NCBI RefSeq assembly: GCF_036321535.1
Contig: NC_087436.1
Location: forward strand, 121,894,001-121,958,000
DNA length: 64,000 nt
From: Camelus dromedarius
Taxonomy: Eukaryota
Direction: 5' to 3'
Part shown: piece by piece, positions 1 to 12,878 of the stretch
Layout: the number at the start of each line of letters is the position of its first letter
How positions within the stretch are numbered: the first letter of the stretch is position 1
Translations under genes and position numbers: made by a program
The notes under the pieces: model-generated
Told to the model about the DNA's origin: nothing
Database searches by the model: none
The model's input: the letters and a program-made list of their open reading frames with translations, nothing else

Positions 1-365
1 TTCAGTTTTTCATTATCATATTTGCCATGGCGACTTGTGGTCAATGACCTTTTATGTTACTGCTGTAATTGTTCTGGGGCACCATGAACCTCACCTATAG
101 AAGATGGTGAACTCAACTGATAAATGTGTGTACTGACTGCTCCACAGACCAGCTGATCCCCGAATCCCTCCCTCTTTGGGGGGCCTCCCTATTGCCTAGA
201 CGCAACAATACTGAAATCAGGCCAGTTCATAACCCTACAGCAACCTCAAGCGTCCACGTGAAATGGAGAGCTGCACACCCCTCACTTTCAGTCAAGACTT
301 CGAGACGACTGCGCTCACGGAGGGAGGCTAAGACGGCAGAGGCCGGCAGGCCTCTCGTGCCCCTG
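1..365 (+). mobile_element. Tigger1-like DNA transposon fragment
   Basis: Resembles the Tigger1 5' region (TGACTGCTCCAC...GGGCCTCCCTATT...CAACAATACTGAAATCAGGCCA...TAACCCTACA). Confidence 0.75.
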
Positions 366-3079
366 CTTCCTGCCCTCCTGCCTGGGGCAGAGGTAGCAGC
401 TCCCACGGCAGGTCAAGGCTAAGATGTCTGGACTTACTCCTAGAGACCTGCTCCTCCAGCCTTCTCAACACCATGGACCAACTCCTCCATGTGTTAAAAC
501 TCATTTCTGCCTCGAAACAACTAGAGGGATTCAGTTTTCCAACCTCAACTCTCAACAGATACAACAGCCATCCCAGGGGGAAAGCAGGTCTGAGAGTAAG
601 ACTCTCATTTCGCAGATGAGAACCTACCAAGACACTCTCCCTTCCCCCCAGAGGGCCCAGAGGGTGACTGTGAAACTGGGGGGCAGTCAACATTGTCATC
701 GGGCCCATGCTTACTGGAAGGAAAGCGTGGGCTGGCAGGTGCTGTCCACACGAAGGCCAGGGGAGGCGAGCTTCACAGTCAGCCAGGAGCAGGAGGAAAT
801 TCTGACGTGGGCAGGGATGACCCCAACTCTTCTCAGCTCCAATGCGGCTTTTACCTCCCTCTGCCAAGACGGGCCCCTGACCAGGTGTGGACATGCCTGC
901 AAGGAGGGTGATGCCGCTGCCCCCAGGCACCAGTGTGCGGCAACCGCGTCTCCACAGGTTCTTGTGAGACCCAGCTCACCTCTTGGCAGGGCTGAGCTCA
1001 GGGAGGGACCTAAACACAGAGCCCCCAGGGACGTCCCAAGGCCCAGGATGCTACTGGCACACACAGGTGCTCCACACTTGACCACTCAGTAAATGAATAC
1101 ACACAGCGGCCAGGGAGCCACCTCCACTGCTGATGACTGTCCCCGTCTTCAATGGAAGAACAGCTCAGAGATGAGACTTCTTGCCCAAAGGGCAGAAAAG
1201 AAGCCTGGCCCCCCAGCTCCACACCGCCCCCGTGACATGAACCACCTCAGCGCTGATGGACACAGATACTAACACTGGTGTTCCCTCCACCCAGCAACTG
1301 AATACATCAAATTCCAGAATCCCTGCAGGAGCCTGCAAGCGCTCTGGAATGGCCCTTCCCCATGGATGTAGCCCTGCAGGTCACACCATGCTTGCCTGAA
1401 CAAGAGACAGAGAAGCGGGAGGAGCCTCAGGGCTTCGGAAGTTGACCACAGAGGTAAACAGATGGGAACCAGGAAGAACGCACGCACCGAGCCTCACACC
1501 TGGTGGAGAGCCCTTCAGAGAAGCAAAGTACCAAACCACTCCCCAGCCCCGGGTGTGTGCGGCCAGTCAACACTGCGACAAACCAGCCCAGGCTCAGGCC
1601 CACTGGTTCCACCCCACCTTGGTCTGGCTCCCCTTTCCTGACTATGGAGAAAACCAGAGGTCAGCAGTAGTGACAAGTGGAGACACGAGGAGAATGGACG
1701 ACCCGCAGCAGGCACCGGCACTGCCTGCTTCACTGCTGGGCACGCCGACTCCAGGTCAGTCACCCAAAGGCCCTCGGCGCTTCTGAAGCACAAGTGAGCC
1801 TCAGAACACCTCCAACTGCTGACACCCATGTCGCAGGCTCCTGGTCAGTGGGGGAACACAAGCCCTTCTACCAGTGGACAAAATACCTGGCATTCTAGGT
1901 GCCTCTTAGGGCTGCAACAGTGCGCTGGGGTGAAACGACAGAGCAGAACCACTTAGCAGGAGCACTGGGGTCCTTGGAGGGCAAGCTGACCTCCTGGTGT
2001 TTCCAAGAAAGCTCATCCAGCAGAGTCAGAGGGCCGCGTGCGCCAGATGACCTTCCTAGTGAGCACCGCACGCTGTCCAAAGGAGAGACGGCCATCTCCA
2101 ACCACTGTGTCCACTGAGGATGCTCTGGAGCTCTGGCAGCTGCACACGTCACACAACTGCAGACTGCTACCACTGCAGCAGTGCCAGGAGCACCAGGAAG
2201 ACGTGCTGACATTAACGTCCTAGTCAAGTACTCAATCCATGTCAGGCTCCACGTTTTCCCAGTTCCTGGATATGATGTCTGGGCTCTTCCTCATATATAG
2301 CCACCTTGGTTCACTCATTCTAGCAGTCACATGTGCCTAATATGCCCTTTACAACTCCTAGCCAGGGAAGGACCAGGCTCTGTCCCTGCCTGCAAGGGAA
2401 GCTTGATCACGCAGACTGTTTCAAGAGTCCCATAAATGAAAAACCAGGCAGGGTACAGAGTATAAAACAAATAGTACTATTCATCAGTACACTATGGAAG
2501 CAAAACAAAAAAAGGGCTCCAGGAAAACCAACCTGACTTTAAAAGAAACAATCTTTTGAATTTCAGTGAAGGAAAATAATCCAAGCAAATACCGATTTCA
2601 GTAACTTCCCCCTGTAAACTCAGTTCCTTAGAGAGAGGGGTGAGTCTCTTCCGTCACTGCATCACCTCTGGCCAGAGCAGAGACTGGTATACTGTACACA
2701 CTAATGAAAAGTGGCCTGAAAGTTTTAACTTATCCATTAAACTAGATAAGAAAGCAGAAGGGCGGAAAATACAAGCAGAGATTTCCAATCAATGGCAGGC
2801 TAGCATTTCCATCAATTTTCCCACTGAAAACAACCACAAACAAGATAAAACATACATATTCGAAAACAAAGAGGTATGTAGGGAAGATGATAATCCAGAG
2901 GGGGAAAAAAAAGCACAGAATATTCTTAAAAATGTAAGCTTACTTTTGAAAGCCCCACAGAGAAACCAAAGCTCAGGCAGGAACCATGGGGGCAGGCTAC
3001 CTAGTGAAGGCCAGCCACCAGGTGCAGGCCAGGCTCAAAGCCAGTCCCAGCAACTATCAAAGAACTGACGTTCAGGGTG

Positions 3080-4960
3080 TATTTTCTGACCAATAACGCA
3101 AAGAATCAATAACAAAAATAAAACACCCATATATTTGGATGTTAAAAAATGTAAGTTTGATAACTATGTTGAACTAAATGTAAAATACTAATAATTTGTA
3201 GGATATAGCTAAAGATAATATCTTAAATGCATTTTTTGGAAAAGAGACAATGAAAATTAGAAAAACAGCAAAATAAACTCAAAGAAAGAAAGACAATGAA
3301 AACAAATTTACAAGAGAAAGGATCCACAAAGCTAAAAGTTGGTTCCCTGAAAGGCCTAATAAAGCTCTGGTGATCCTAATCTAAAAAAACAGAAAACACA
3401 AACAACCAACATCCGAAGCGTAGAGAGACAGCACTGACGATTCCACAGAACACAGGACAGTATGGAAAGTTTATGCCAATAAAGGTGAAAAGGTTAGATG
3501 CAATCAACAAATTCCTTGAAAGTGTAATAACCCAAACCCACTAAAACTCTAGGGTAAGTACCTGCACTGTAGAGCTCTGCCAAACATTCAAGGAAGAAAT
3601 AATTCCAATCTTACAAAATCTTCTGGAGAACAAAAAAAAGGTGCCCGACTCACTCTGTAAAGATAGTAATACCCTGATACCAGATCCCGCTAAAGAAAAC
3701 CTACAGACGTCCAACCTTACTCACAAAAACAGAGGCAAAGGCTATACGTACAATATTAGCAAACCGAACCTAGCAACATAAGATAGTGTCACAACCACAG
3801 TGCTTAACTGGTTTAACACTAGAAACCAATGTAATTCTCCACTGCAACATATAAAAGGGGAAAGATTATCATTACACGAAATTCTTAATTTTACCACTGA
3901 TTCATGATGAAACTTGTAACCAAACAGAAAATAGAGACATTTCTCCAATCTGACAAAGGGTATAAACAAACCAAAAAACTTACAGTAGAGGTCTTATTTA
4001 ATGGTGAAACTCTGTAAGGACTCTTCCAGATTTGGAATGAAACAGGGATGTCCATGACTGTCACCACTTTTATTCATCCAGTGCCAAATTTTTAGCCAGA
4101 GTGTTAAGGGCAGAGGAAAAAAAAAGAAGTAAAGAAGAACCAAAACTTCTTCTGTGTACATAGAAATTCAAAAGATTTACAGATTAAAAATTGTTAGACC
4201 AAAAAAAGGAAAGTCAGTTGCATTTCTTTATACTGGCAAATAACAATCTAAAAAAGGTAAAAATTTTGAACATTTTTTATAGCAACCTAAAATACTATGT
4301 ACCTAGGAATAAATCTTCTAACAAAAAACTTGCAAAACCACTACAGGGAATATTATGAAACTTCACTGAGAGGTAGTTAATCTCATCTCAAACCATGCGC
4401 AAGTCAGTTCTTACGGATTACAGACCTAAATGTGAAAGGCAAAACTGCAAAGCTTTTAGAACACAGAGACGTATTTTTACAATATGCGATTGTCACCAAC
4501 AGACTGATAACTTCTACTGTACTGAAATTAAGAACCTCTGTATATACACCAAAAGGAGAAAAGACAATCCTCTGGGTAGAAGATACAAAACTTACCTAAC
4601 AGCAGGCTCACATTTAGAATTCAAGGAGTTCCTAAAAAGCAGGACAAGGAAAACAACCACATGGAAAAATGAGCAGAAAAAAAGATCCCAACAGGCAATT
4701 CACCAAAGAGGAAAATGAATCACCACTGAAGACGAAAGGGTGTTCAACCCCATCAGCAACAGGAAAACACAAAACCACGTGGGAAACTCCGGGCGACCAC
4801 CAGACTGGCTAAAAGCACAGGGGTGGTGTGGGGGGGAGAACAGGAGCCTCCAACACCGGTGGGCGCGGGGACAGTCGCAGCCTCTCTGGAGAAGAGTCTG
4901 TCACAAACGTAGTGACAGTCAAAGATCTACATACACTGGGATGCAGCAGTGATGGCCTTT
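3080..4960 (+). mobile_element. Old L1 (L1M-type) ORF2 remnant
   Basis: A-rich strand with decayed ORF2 motifs (AAAAGTTGGTTC, AACATTCAAGGAAGAAATAATTCCAATCTT, TACCTAGGAATAAATCT); no intact ORF. Confidence 0.75.
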
Positions 4961-6634
4961 TTGGGGAATACAGTGCTGAAACACGTTCATTTTCACACTC
5001 CCCTGCAGGCGCGGCCTGAGGTAGTCCTGAGCTTGTAAGTCACCTAATAGATGCCCCTTGTCCTGAGTTAATAACTATTAGGTTTTCCAAGTAGATCTGC
5101 TTAGAGTGAGAATTTCACCCTCAGGTATATTGCTCAATGTAAACTTTAAAACTGGCATTTGGATTTATTAAAATAAACAACAGAAAAAAGAGCACAAGTT
5201 AAGTCCAAAACAAAAGCTCCCCACACCCAGGGAAACAGGAAGAAGGTGGGAAAGCGCAAGGAAGAAGCCCAGGTAGCGAGGGCAGTCCAGCCATCAAAAC
5301 AAAAGCAGGGAGCAGAAGGGGGCACCATGGCGCTGGGCTGCCACCCAGCAGAAGCCGCCATTGTCTCTCCGAGGGCAGAAGACAAGGCCTTGTGAGCAGG
5401 ATCCTGGCCATCCCCCCGAGCCTGGCACACCGCAGGTGGGCACTGATTGCTGGAGAAAACAGGACTGGCACCACTTTTCTAAGTGTTAGTCAGCAACTGG
5501 GCTGCAGGCTTCAGCCAAGGGACCAAATTAAGCTATCTTTCCAGAACCTCAGGGAGCCTGCAGGGAGCAGCAGCAAAGTTGTATGTATGTATGTATGTGA
5601 GAAAACACACTCATCAGGCCCAGGGAGGGACCACTTACAGCTAAAACTACTCCAACTTATCTCAGAAAGTTCCAACAGATCTCCAGAGAAATTACTGCCT
5701 CCTGTCTGGGAGCCAGGTCTCTCCTGCGCATCCATCCAGTCTGTTGGGGACAGTTTAACAGCTCAGCAAGAGCAGCTGCCTTTCCTTTTGGGGGGGGGGG
5801 TGCGAATGAGGGACAGACACACAACAGGGCAGCCCAGCAGTTTCAAACCGAGATGAGAGTCTAAATCTCTTCATCTGTCAAGACAGTTCCCTGTCCTCGC
5901 TTTTTTTAAGAGAAGTCTTGAAGCTTCTCAGTGCAACCCTACTCTAAAGTTTGAAGCACAGCCAGGATAACTCCAAGACCAGAAAGCCCCAAGGCCACGG
6001 GGAAGACTCAGCTGCTGGCAACCTCCACTCACCCCCGCCAAGCCACAGTCCCAGCAGCGCCAGCCTCCCACCTGCCCAACTCTGTCAAATGTGTCATTGC
6101 ATCCACTCCACAAACTGCACAACATATCAGAAGGCACTACAGAGGCGCCCTGGAGAGAGGCAAGGGTGTCCTCAGGGTGCGGGTCCACGGGCTGACCCCC
6201 CCACGGGGATGCACCCTTGCATCTCAGCAGGCCAGCCAGAACTGCTTCTCAAAACGTCCTCTGACCAGCTCAGGTCTCCCCCCTCAAGGGCCACACGGGG
6301 GCGTGCACACTCCCTACCCGAGGCCGTAGCTGGCACTGTGGCAAGGGGGCGCAGCGTCCCAGGCGCCACCCTCCCTGGAGTCATGACACAATCTCCTGGC
6401 ATCAGGTGGCAACGCTGGGTGCCTACACCGTCCAAGGCAGCTGCTTCTGGAACTGGGGGACTTCCCACTGGCAGCACTGAGCAAACACTCCCGTTCCTAC
6501 CAGCTGTGAGGGTGTAAACTCCTGTTCGCTGGGCACCACGTTAGGTGCCAGGTCCTCAAATACAGAATCTCTTTTAATTCTCACAATGGTTCAACTCAGT
6601 AAGAAGACTAGGAGGCCAGTGAGCCCTATCTGCA

Positions 6635-6735
6635 TGGATGGCATTACCCCCATTTTATGGACAAAGTGAGTGAGGCTGAGTAACTCGCCCAAGGTCGCAC
6701 AGCTGGTGGAAAGTGCACAATCAGGGACTAAAGAG
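6635..6735 (-). mobile_element. MIR fragment
   Basis: CCCCATTTTATGGAC...TAACTCGCCCAAGGTCGCACAGCT core. Confidence 0.6.
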
Positions 6736-6980
6736 AGATTACGCCTTGGCGTTCTCCCCAAGACTTTGTTGCCAACTCTGGAAAAGGCCAAGGCAGAGAC
6801 TCACTGATGTGATTAATTTAAGCCACAAAGCCACAGCAGATGATTTTTCCTGAAACATTTTCCATCTCGAGCTCCAGTCACTCAATGCATGATTTCTTTA
6901 GCACAACTCGTAACCTGCGACGGAGGTCTTCGGATGTGGGGGCGGGGGGCCCACAGCCAGGAAAGAGCCACAGCACTTAC

Positions 6981-7060
6981 CACGACGGAGTCGTTGTGCG
7001 TCAGGTCAACCACCACGGGCTCTAACGACTCACAGGTGAGGTCCACTATCTCATCTCCAG
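6981..7060 (-). CDS. RNF4: RNF4 exon 4 (AGDEIVDLTCESLEPVVVDLTHNDSVV; SIM2, SIM3, start of SIM4)
   Basis: 80 nt; acceptor TTTTGAAG|CTGGA, donor GTG|GTAAGT; IVDLT and VVDLT are canonical SIMs. Confidence 0.96.
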
Positions 7061-7968
7061 CTTCAAAAGAAAGTGTTTTAACAGCATCAGGAGGAAGTAA
7101 GGCACGCCGGTCCAAGTGCGCCAACGCGGTCACAGGCGGAGTGCGCGCTTACGCCAGACTCAAGCCGCGGAAGCGCGGAAATCACAAGCATCTGGACCAA
7201 CCCCTTTTCAAGGGGTGACAGGCAATGAACACCCTTCCAGGCTTCTGCTGTGACAACGCACAGTTTTCACAAATATAGCACTGGTGTGTGCATGTGTCCA
7301 TGCTCACACCCCTCTATCCCTGGGGCCTCGCTGCCGCACAGGCCTCTACGCCCTCCACCGGCAAAGAGGAGGGCGGACGTGTGCCAGGCAGTTCCCCACG
7401 CTCACGGCCAGCAGGGAGGAAGAGAGCGCAGAGCACAACTTCCACTTACATCAACTGAAAAAAATTCACAACCGTTTTTGTTTCTATTATCATCAACATT
7501 AAAAAGCATAAGGATAGGACTTTTAGAAATAATATTTACTTAATATTTGGGGAAAATGATTTTTAATACACTTAACATATAAATATTTGATATTTTCTTG
7601 TATTAAAATAAAAACCACCATACATCAAAGATGTCCAACATAATTTATACAAGATGATTTCATCCTTTCTTAAGGAATATTCCATGTATATGTGTGTGTA
7701 CCTATGTGTGTATATATACACACATACCATAACTTAGAGCCGTTTTCTTTCTGGCTGACACAATTTTAGGCTCTTACACATAAAAGCAATGCTCCAGCGC
7801 GCAGCTCGTGCACAGAGCCTGGCACGGTTCTAAGTGGCTCGTGTTCCTGCCTCACTTCCGTCCTGTGACCACACTATGCAGCAGCCCCCAGCACCGCCCC
7901 ACCACCGATGAAGCCCCCCGCCCCCGCATCCCCTACACCCGAGCCCGCGCGACCCCCGCCACCCTTAC

Positions 7969-8083
7969 CGCTTTCCACAAGCTCTATGGGGTCCGCCTCC
8001 GAAGCCATCTCCGGGGCGGAGGCCGCTTCTCGAGCTCGCTTCTGGGCTTGTCTAGAACTCACTGTCCCCCCGCGACGCTTTCT
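7969..8083 (-). CDS. RNF4: RNF4 exon 3 (RKRRGG...PIELVES; basic patch and SIM1)
   Basis: 115 nt; acceptor CCCTCAG|AGAAAG, donor AGCG|GTAAGG; lies within ORF 7874..8164. Confidence 0.95.
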
Positions 8084-10377
8084 CTGAGGGCATCCAGAGG
8101 AAAAGGAACAGTCACACGAGCTTCTGGCCATCAAGATTCCAGCAAGAATAAAAAAGGTCACCATGGGAATGGTTCACCTCACTGAGAACAGGAGGCCAGC
8201 GAGCAGACCTGAGGTCGGGGTCCTTTCAGAACTTGAGATTCTAGAACACTGAATGTTTAGACAGAGATCGTGCAGAACATACAGTGAATACAAATTCTGT
8301 AAAGTAAAACTTCCATCGCATCAGACTAGCGACAGCATGTGACGCACAAGTCTGTGGAAGCCTCTGGTCCTGGCTGGGTTTGGCCAGAAGCCTTTTCTTC
8401 TGACAGGGAGCCGCAGGCCCACCTCCCTTGGGTTTGTGTTTGGCCTCATTGAGCTCTTTTTGTTTCTCAGCCCAAAGACCTTCACTTTCCCAGCTGTCCA
8501 CCCACTGTGAAAAGCAGGGCTTTCTCTGGTTAAGTTTCCTGGCCTCTAGCCCTCTAGAATACTACCAAGTTGTGGTTTACCCTCTAACCACCACCCCCAT
8601 GGCTCCAGGAACCAAAGTTTTCTAAAAGAGCTGTTCTTAGTGGTGGCCCGAGAGCCACACCTTCCAGAGAACTCAGGCTATTAAGTGGCCTGTCTGCGCC
8701 CAGGCGCTGTGCCAGCCTGCCCCCCGCACCCTCAGCTGCCCGGTCGCCCACACCTTCCAGCACTTCTGGGCCGGCTGGCTCTGACAGATGCGGTGAGGTC
8801 CTGCCCCTGCACCCTTCCTCAGAAGACAACCTCCCCCACAGACCTGCAGCCTCTTATTCCCACCCTGTGCGCACCCAGCCAACACTGGCCCCTGGGCTTC
8901 AGGGTCTCTTCTCCCCTCAACCCGGCGCTGCTCCTCCGGGCACTGGGCCTGCTCCGCTTCACGCTGGGCGACGTGCGGCAGTCCCGTGAGTACTGAGTCT
9001 AAACCCCCTCACCAGCACCAGCCTCGCAGACTTCCCCTCGGGACTGGGCGCTGTAATGTGTGCAGGGCCCTGAGCATTCTTAGAAGATGTCATCACTACC
9101 CTAATTCCTTATGGGCCTTGTCAGGCATCCCTGGAAGCTGGGAGGACCAGTGATCACCCATTAGACCTGCGCAAGGCCCAGGAGCACCCATCACCCGACC
9201 CAACCCTCGCAAGGCAACGGAGAAAAAGCCCGATTCTGTCTGTTCTGCCTGCTGCTCTCTATCAGACACTTCCCCGGAGTTTCGGAAGCGTACCCGGGTT
9301 CAGCAGCTTCCCCTGGACCAAAAACAGGGAAGCCCAGGAGGGCCCAGTGGCAAGCGGCCGCGGCCGCTCTGACTCTCCAGGAAGGAGCCGCTCCGTCCCC
9401 CCAGGGAGCTGGCCCGTGGCCACGGCCGAGTCTCCTTACTGCCTGGTGCTTACGGCCTTTCCCAGCAACTACCAGATGACCCAGGGCTCCTTCACCTTCA
9501 CCCCATTCTCTTGAAGGCTGTTCTTGTATCTTCTTTCCTCTGAAAAGGACCAAATCTTTCTCAGCAGACACTGCTGAACAGCACCCTTCACATCCCACCG
9601 CAGTTCCTGGGCGGCTTCTCCGTGAGGGAGTGAGAGGCAGCCGTGGGTCTGAGCCAAAGTCCAGGTGCTGAACCCTAAAAACCCTGCTGCCGTCACTGCA
9701 CTGGTGTGTCCTGCCAACCCGCCCCCCCAACAGCAGTCCTTCCCAGGCTGCTCCTGCAGCCTCTCCGTGCCTTTCCCCAGGCACTCTTCCCAGCCTGGAC
9801 TCCCCTTCCTCACCAGGCACTTCTGACACAGCTGTCAGGAGCCCACTCAACTGTCTCCTTCATTGTGAGGAGAGCCCTTATCTCTCCTGCTGATCATCTC
9901 ATGACCACCCCTCCGCCCTACACACACAGAAGAAGCCCCCTGCACAGCTGTTCCACCTCCTCTTCCACCGGGACTCCCGGAGGGCAGGGAGGAGGTGGCT
10001 GTTAAGACAGGACCAGGCTCAAGAAACCCTAACAGATTTGCAAAGACCCCCCTCCATGGGCCTCCTCGTCTTGTCACAGCTCTCCCCCTCCTTCCCAGCA
10101 GAGCTCTCAGAGGTGCACAGCTTTCAGTCAACACTGACCACTTGATCACTACCACCTAAGTCATGCACGCCACCCTAAGGAATTTTAACCAACTTCTCCA
10201 CACACTCATGCAAGAGGCTACACTGCTCTATCTGTCCAGATCCTGCCTGGGCAAGTGTGGGCTTCAGAGGTGAGGTGCCCAAGCTTAGGACACGTTTTCC
10301 TTTAGGGGGACTGCAGTGGCAACCGGCAAATAAGGGCCAAGGTGGGAGGTCATCTGCCTTTTAAAAGGGTAGGTCCA

Positions 10378-10507
10378 GGGGAGGGTATAGCTCAGTGGTA
10401 GCATGCATGCTTAGCATGTGCAAGGTCCTGGGTTCAATTCCCAGAAACTCCTCTAAAAATAAGTAATGAAGCCTAATTACCCACCCCTGCCAATAAAATA
10501 ATATAAT
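10378..10507 (+). mobile_element. tRNA-Ala-derived SINE (camelid Vic-1-like), with target-site duplication
   Basis: GGGGAGGGTATAGCTCAGTGGTAG...GGTTCAATTCCC head, CCTAATTACC body, A-rich tail; TSD AAAAGGGTAGGTCCA at 10363 and 10508. Confidence 0.88.
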
Positions 10508-11336
10508 AAAAGGGTAGGTCCAGGGAAAGAAGCCGTTTTGTGTAAGAACATCAACAGTAGGCCTGGAACACAGTGGGGGCCAGGGAACAGAATCCACAGG
10601 ATTTCCATCACTGGTCACCCTGGGAACTGTTGTTCAGCCTTCTGCCCCCACCTTCCCGACACCACTCACAGCACCGCTGGAAACTGGAAAGAGGGTATGA
10701 GGCCTTTTCACATCTGTTTCACCCGATGTGAATGCAGAAAACAGCTGTTTTGAGTTTAGATTACATGAGCAACCTTGTTAGTAGGGAGTAAACTGGAGAG
10801 GGGAACCTTCAGGCAACCTCTGGACTCAAGGGGCTCCAGGTGACATCTGGGTTACACCAAACCAGAGCTGCCTCTGCAGTCTGATGAAAGCTCTGAACAG
10901 CAGCTACAATGACCTACCAACTTTGGTCACAGACTATGAGAAAACTCACCAAGGGTTATTACCACTGTACTCACAATGGACCAAAAGCTGCACAGGGAAA
11001 AGAAATAGAAGGGAAACCAGAAAACTGGACTGTAAATGATTAAACAAACCAGAGGCCTAGTATTTCTAGAACACTGATAGCTGCTCTGGAGATACAAAAC
11101 TCCTAAACCCTCAGCCATCCTTCTCACCTTTCTGTCCTTAGGGCAACATGCAAAATACTGGACTCCAACTGAAGACAAGCAGATTGGCGATACTATAGAA
11201 GGCTCTCTACACACCCCTTCAAGAACCAGGATTACTTAGAAGCACCTTTATGGTACTCTCACTCATGTGCATAAGGAATAAAGTCGTTGTTCAGCCTTAA
11301 AAAATAAAATTCATGAGCTTATAGAATCAAACTCAC

Positions 11337-11345
11337 CGTACTCAT
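11337..11345 (-). CDS. RNF4: RNF4 coding start (MST), end of exon 2
   Basis: ATAATGAGTACG|GTGAGT; phase 0, joins AGA AAG CGT of exon 3. Confidence 0.9.
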
Positions 11346-11497
11346 TATGCTCTTTGGTTCCAACCTACAGACAAGGAAGGGCTCTGCACCAGGACTTGCA
11401 GGGAAGCCAAACGCTCCAGCCTGTCACGCCTGTTGGCTACTCATCCTCTGGCTAGCACAGAAGTTGAAGCCAAAGAGACTTCCAGTATCTTCAAGTC
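11346..11497 (-). other. RNF4: RNF4 exon 2, 5'UTR portion
   Basis: Acceptor CTTTGTTTTTCAG|GACTTGAAG at 11498; exon runs into the start codon at 11345. Confidence 0.8.
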
Positions 11498-12878
11498 CTG
11501 AAAAACAAAGACATCAAGTCAATAAATGCTGCCACCCACATCGCTGACAACAGAGTTCAGTGCAGCCATTCACTGGTCCTTTCTGTCAGCTGGATGCTTT
11601 GCTGAATACTTCATGTAATTTATGCCCTTAACCCACGTTTTCTTAGGAAGTAAGCATTCTTGTAGAATACAGGACTGTCCGATCCCAAAGCCAGCAACTG
11701 GAACCAGGATGCCACCTCCTGCCCTCCTTCCTGGCTGTCGAAACCCTCGCAGATAGTCCTCAGCCCACGGCCCCTCCCTGCCTGTCTGGACTCACCCCTG
11801 CGGGGCTCAGTCCTAACATGGGCTCTGGCTGTCACCCGAGCTTGCGCCCTCATCCCCCAGGCTGTGCTAGGAGACAGACTGCAAGTGGCAGGGCTCCAGC
11901 CTCATCACTGCATGATTCGCTCTGGTGAAACCCTTCCAGGCAGCCAGCTTGAGTGGTGTGACAATCCACGACCCACTGGGGGAGCAGGAAGTGGGGAAAG
12001 ATCCCTGGTCTCTGTTATGAAAGGGGAAATTCTGAACCTTGTTCACAACCTGTGGAAGGCCACTTCTCTCACTCAGGCTTAGGAAAGCTACTGCTCCGTT
12101 GTCCTGACTGCAAGGCTGAGGACCCCACAGCCCACAGCCCATGGCTTCCCAGGACACAGTGACCACAGAGCCTCCTGCCACCTGGGAGGGTAGGTGATTG
12201 GAAAGCCCCTCCCATCTTGAATCCTCTCTGGAGTGATCAGGAGATCAATAAACAAACGGATCCCCCCAACAATGGAAAAAAGAAACCCTTACAGAGGCCT
12301 GTGCCAGCTGCTGGGGAAAGACAGGAGAATCAGAACTGCCACACAGGCCCTCACCAACTCCTCTCAACCAGGAAGGAGCAGAGCTTCCGAGGCCAGAGCA
12401 AAACCCAGAGCCTCTGGCTCTTCCCGTGACATAACTGTCACCTCTAGAGGAGCTGATAATTTAAGGGAGCCACCGACCCTGATTCACCCTGTGTGCCCAG
12501 CTAAGACTTCCGTCTCTGTCAACAGATGAGTGGAGAAGAACCAAGAAACTGGATCAGGAAGCCAAACAGGTTCCAGGAGGCGCAGAGAAAGCAGCAGGTG
12601 CAGAGGCTGCTGGAGAACGGAGGCCCCTGGATTTCATCCAGGAGCCAATGAAAAGTGCCAACTAACCACAGTACATCAGTGTTCAGAGATGGGATAAAGC
12701 AGCAAATGAGAAGCAAAAATGTGCAGCCAGGTGTCAGGCTGCACCCAAGGTAGAAGGGGCTTCCAGTGGGGGAAGCCCGGGCTCAGGGACCCAGCAAGAC
12801 TGAGGGGCCAGGGGAGAGTCAGAGCGAAGAGAAGGCTCAGTGGCCACCCAGTCCCGGAGACGGTGGCCTGGACGTGGG

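Noticed and set aside
1..6980. RNF4 downstream exons (IVD micro-exon, RING domain)
   Set aside because: No matching coding sequence with splice sites was found; they presumably lie left of the window. ORFs here (for example 424..1092 and 328..930) have no recognisable homology.
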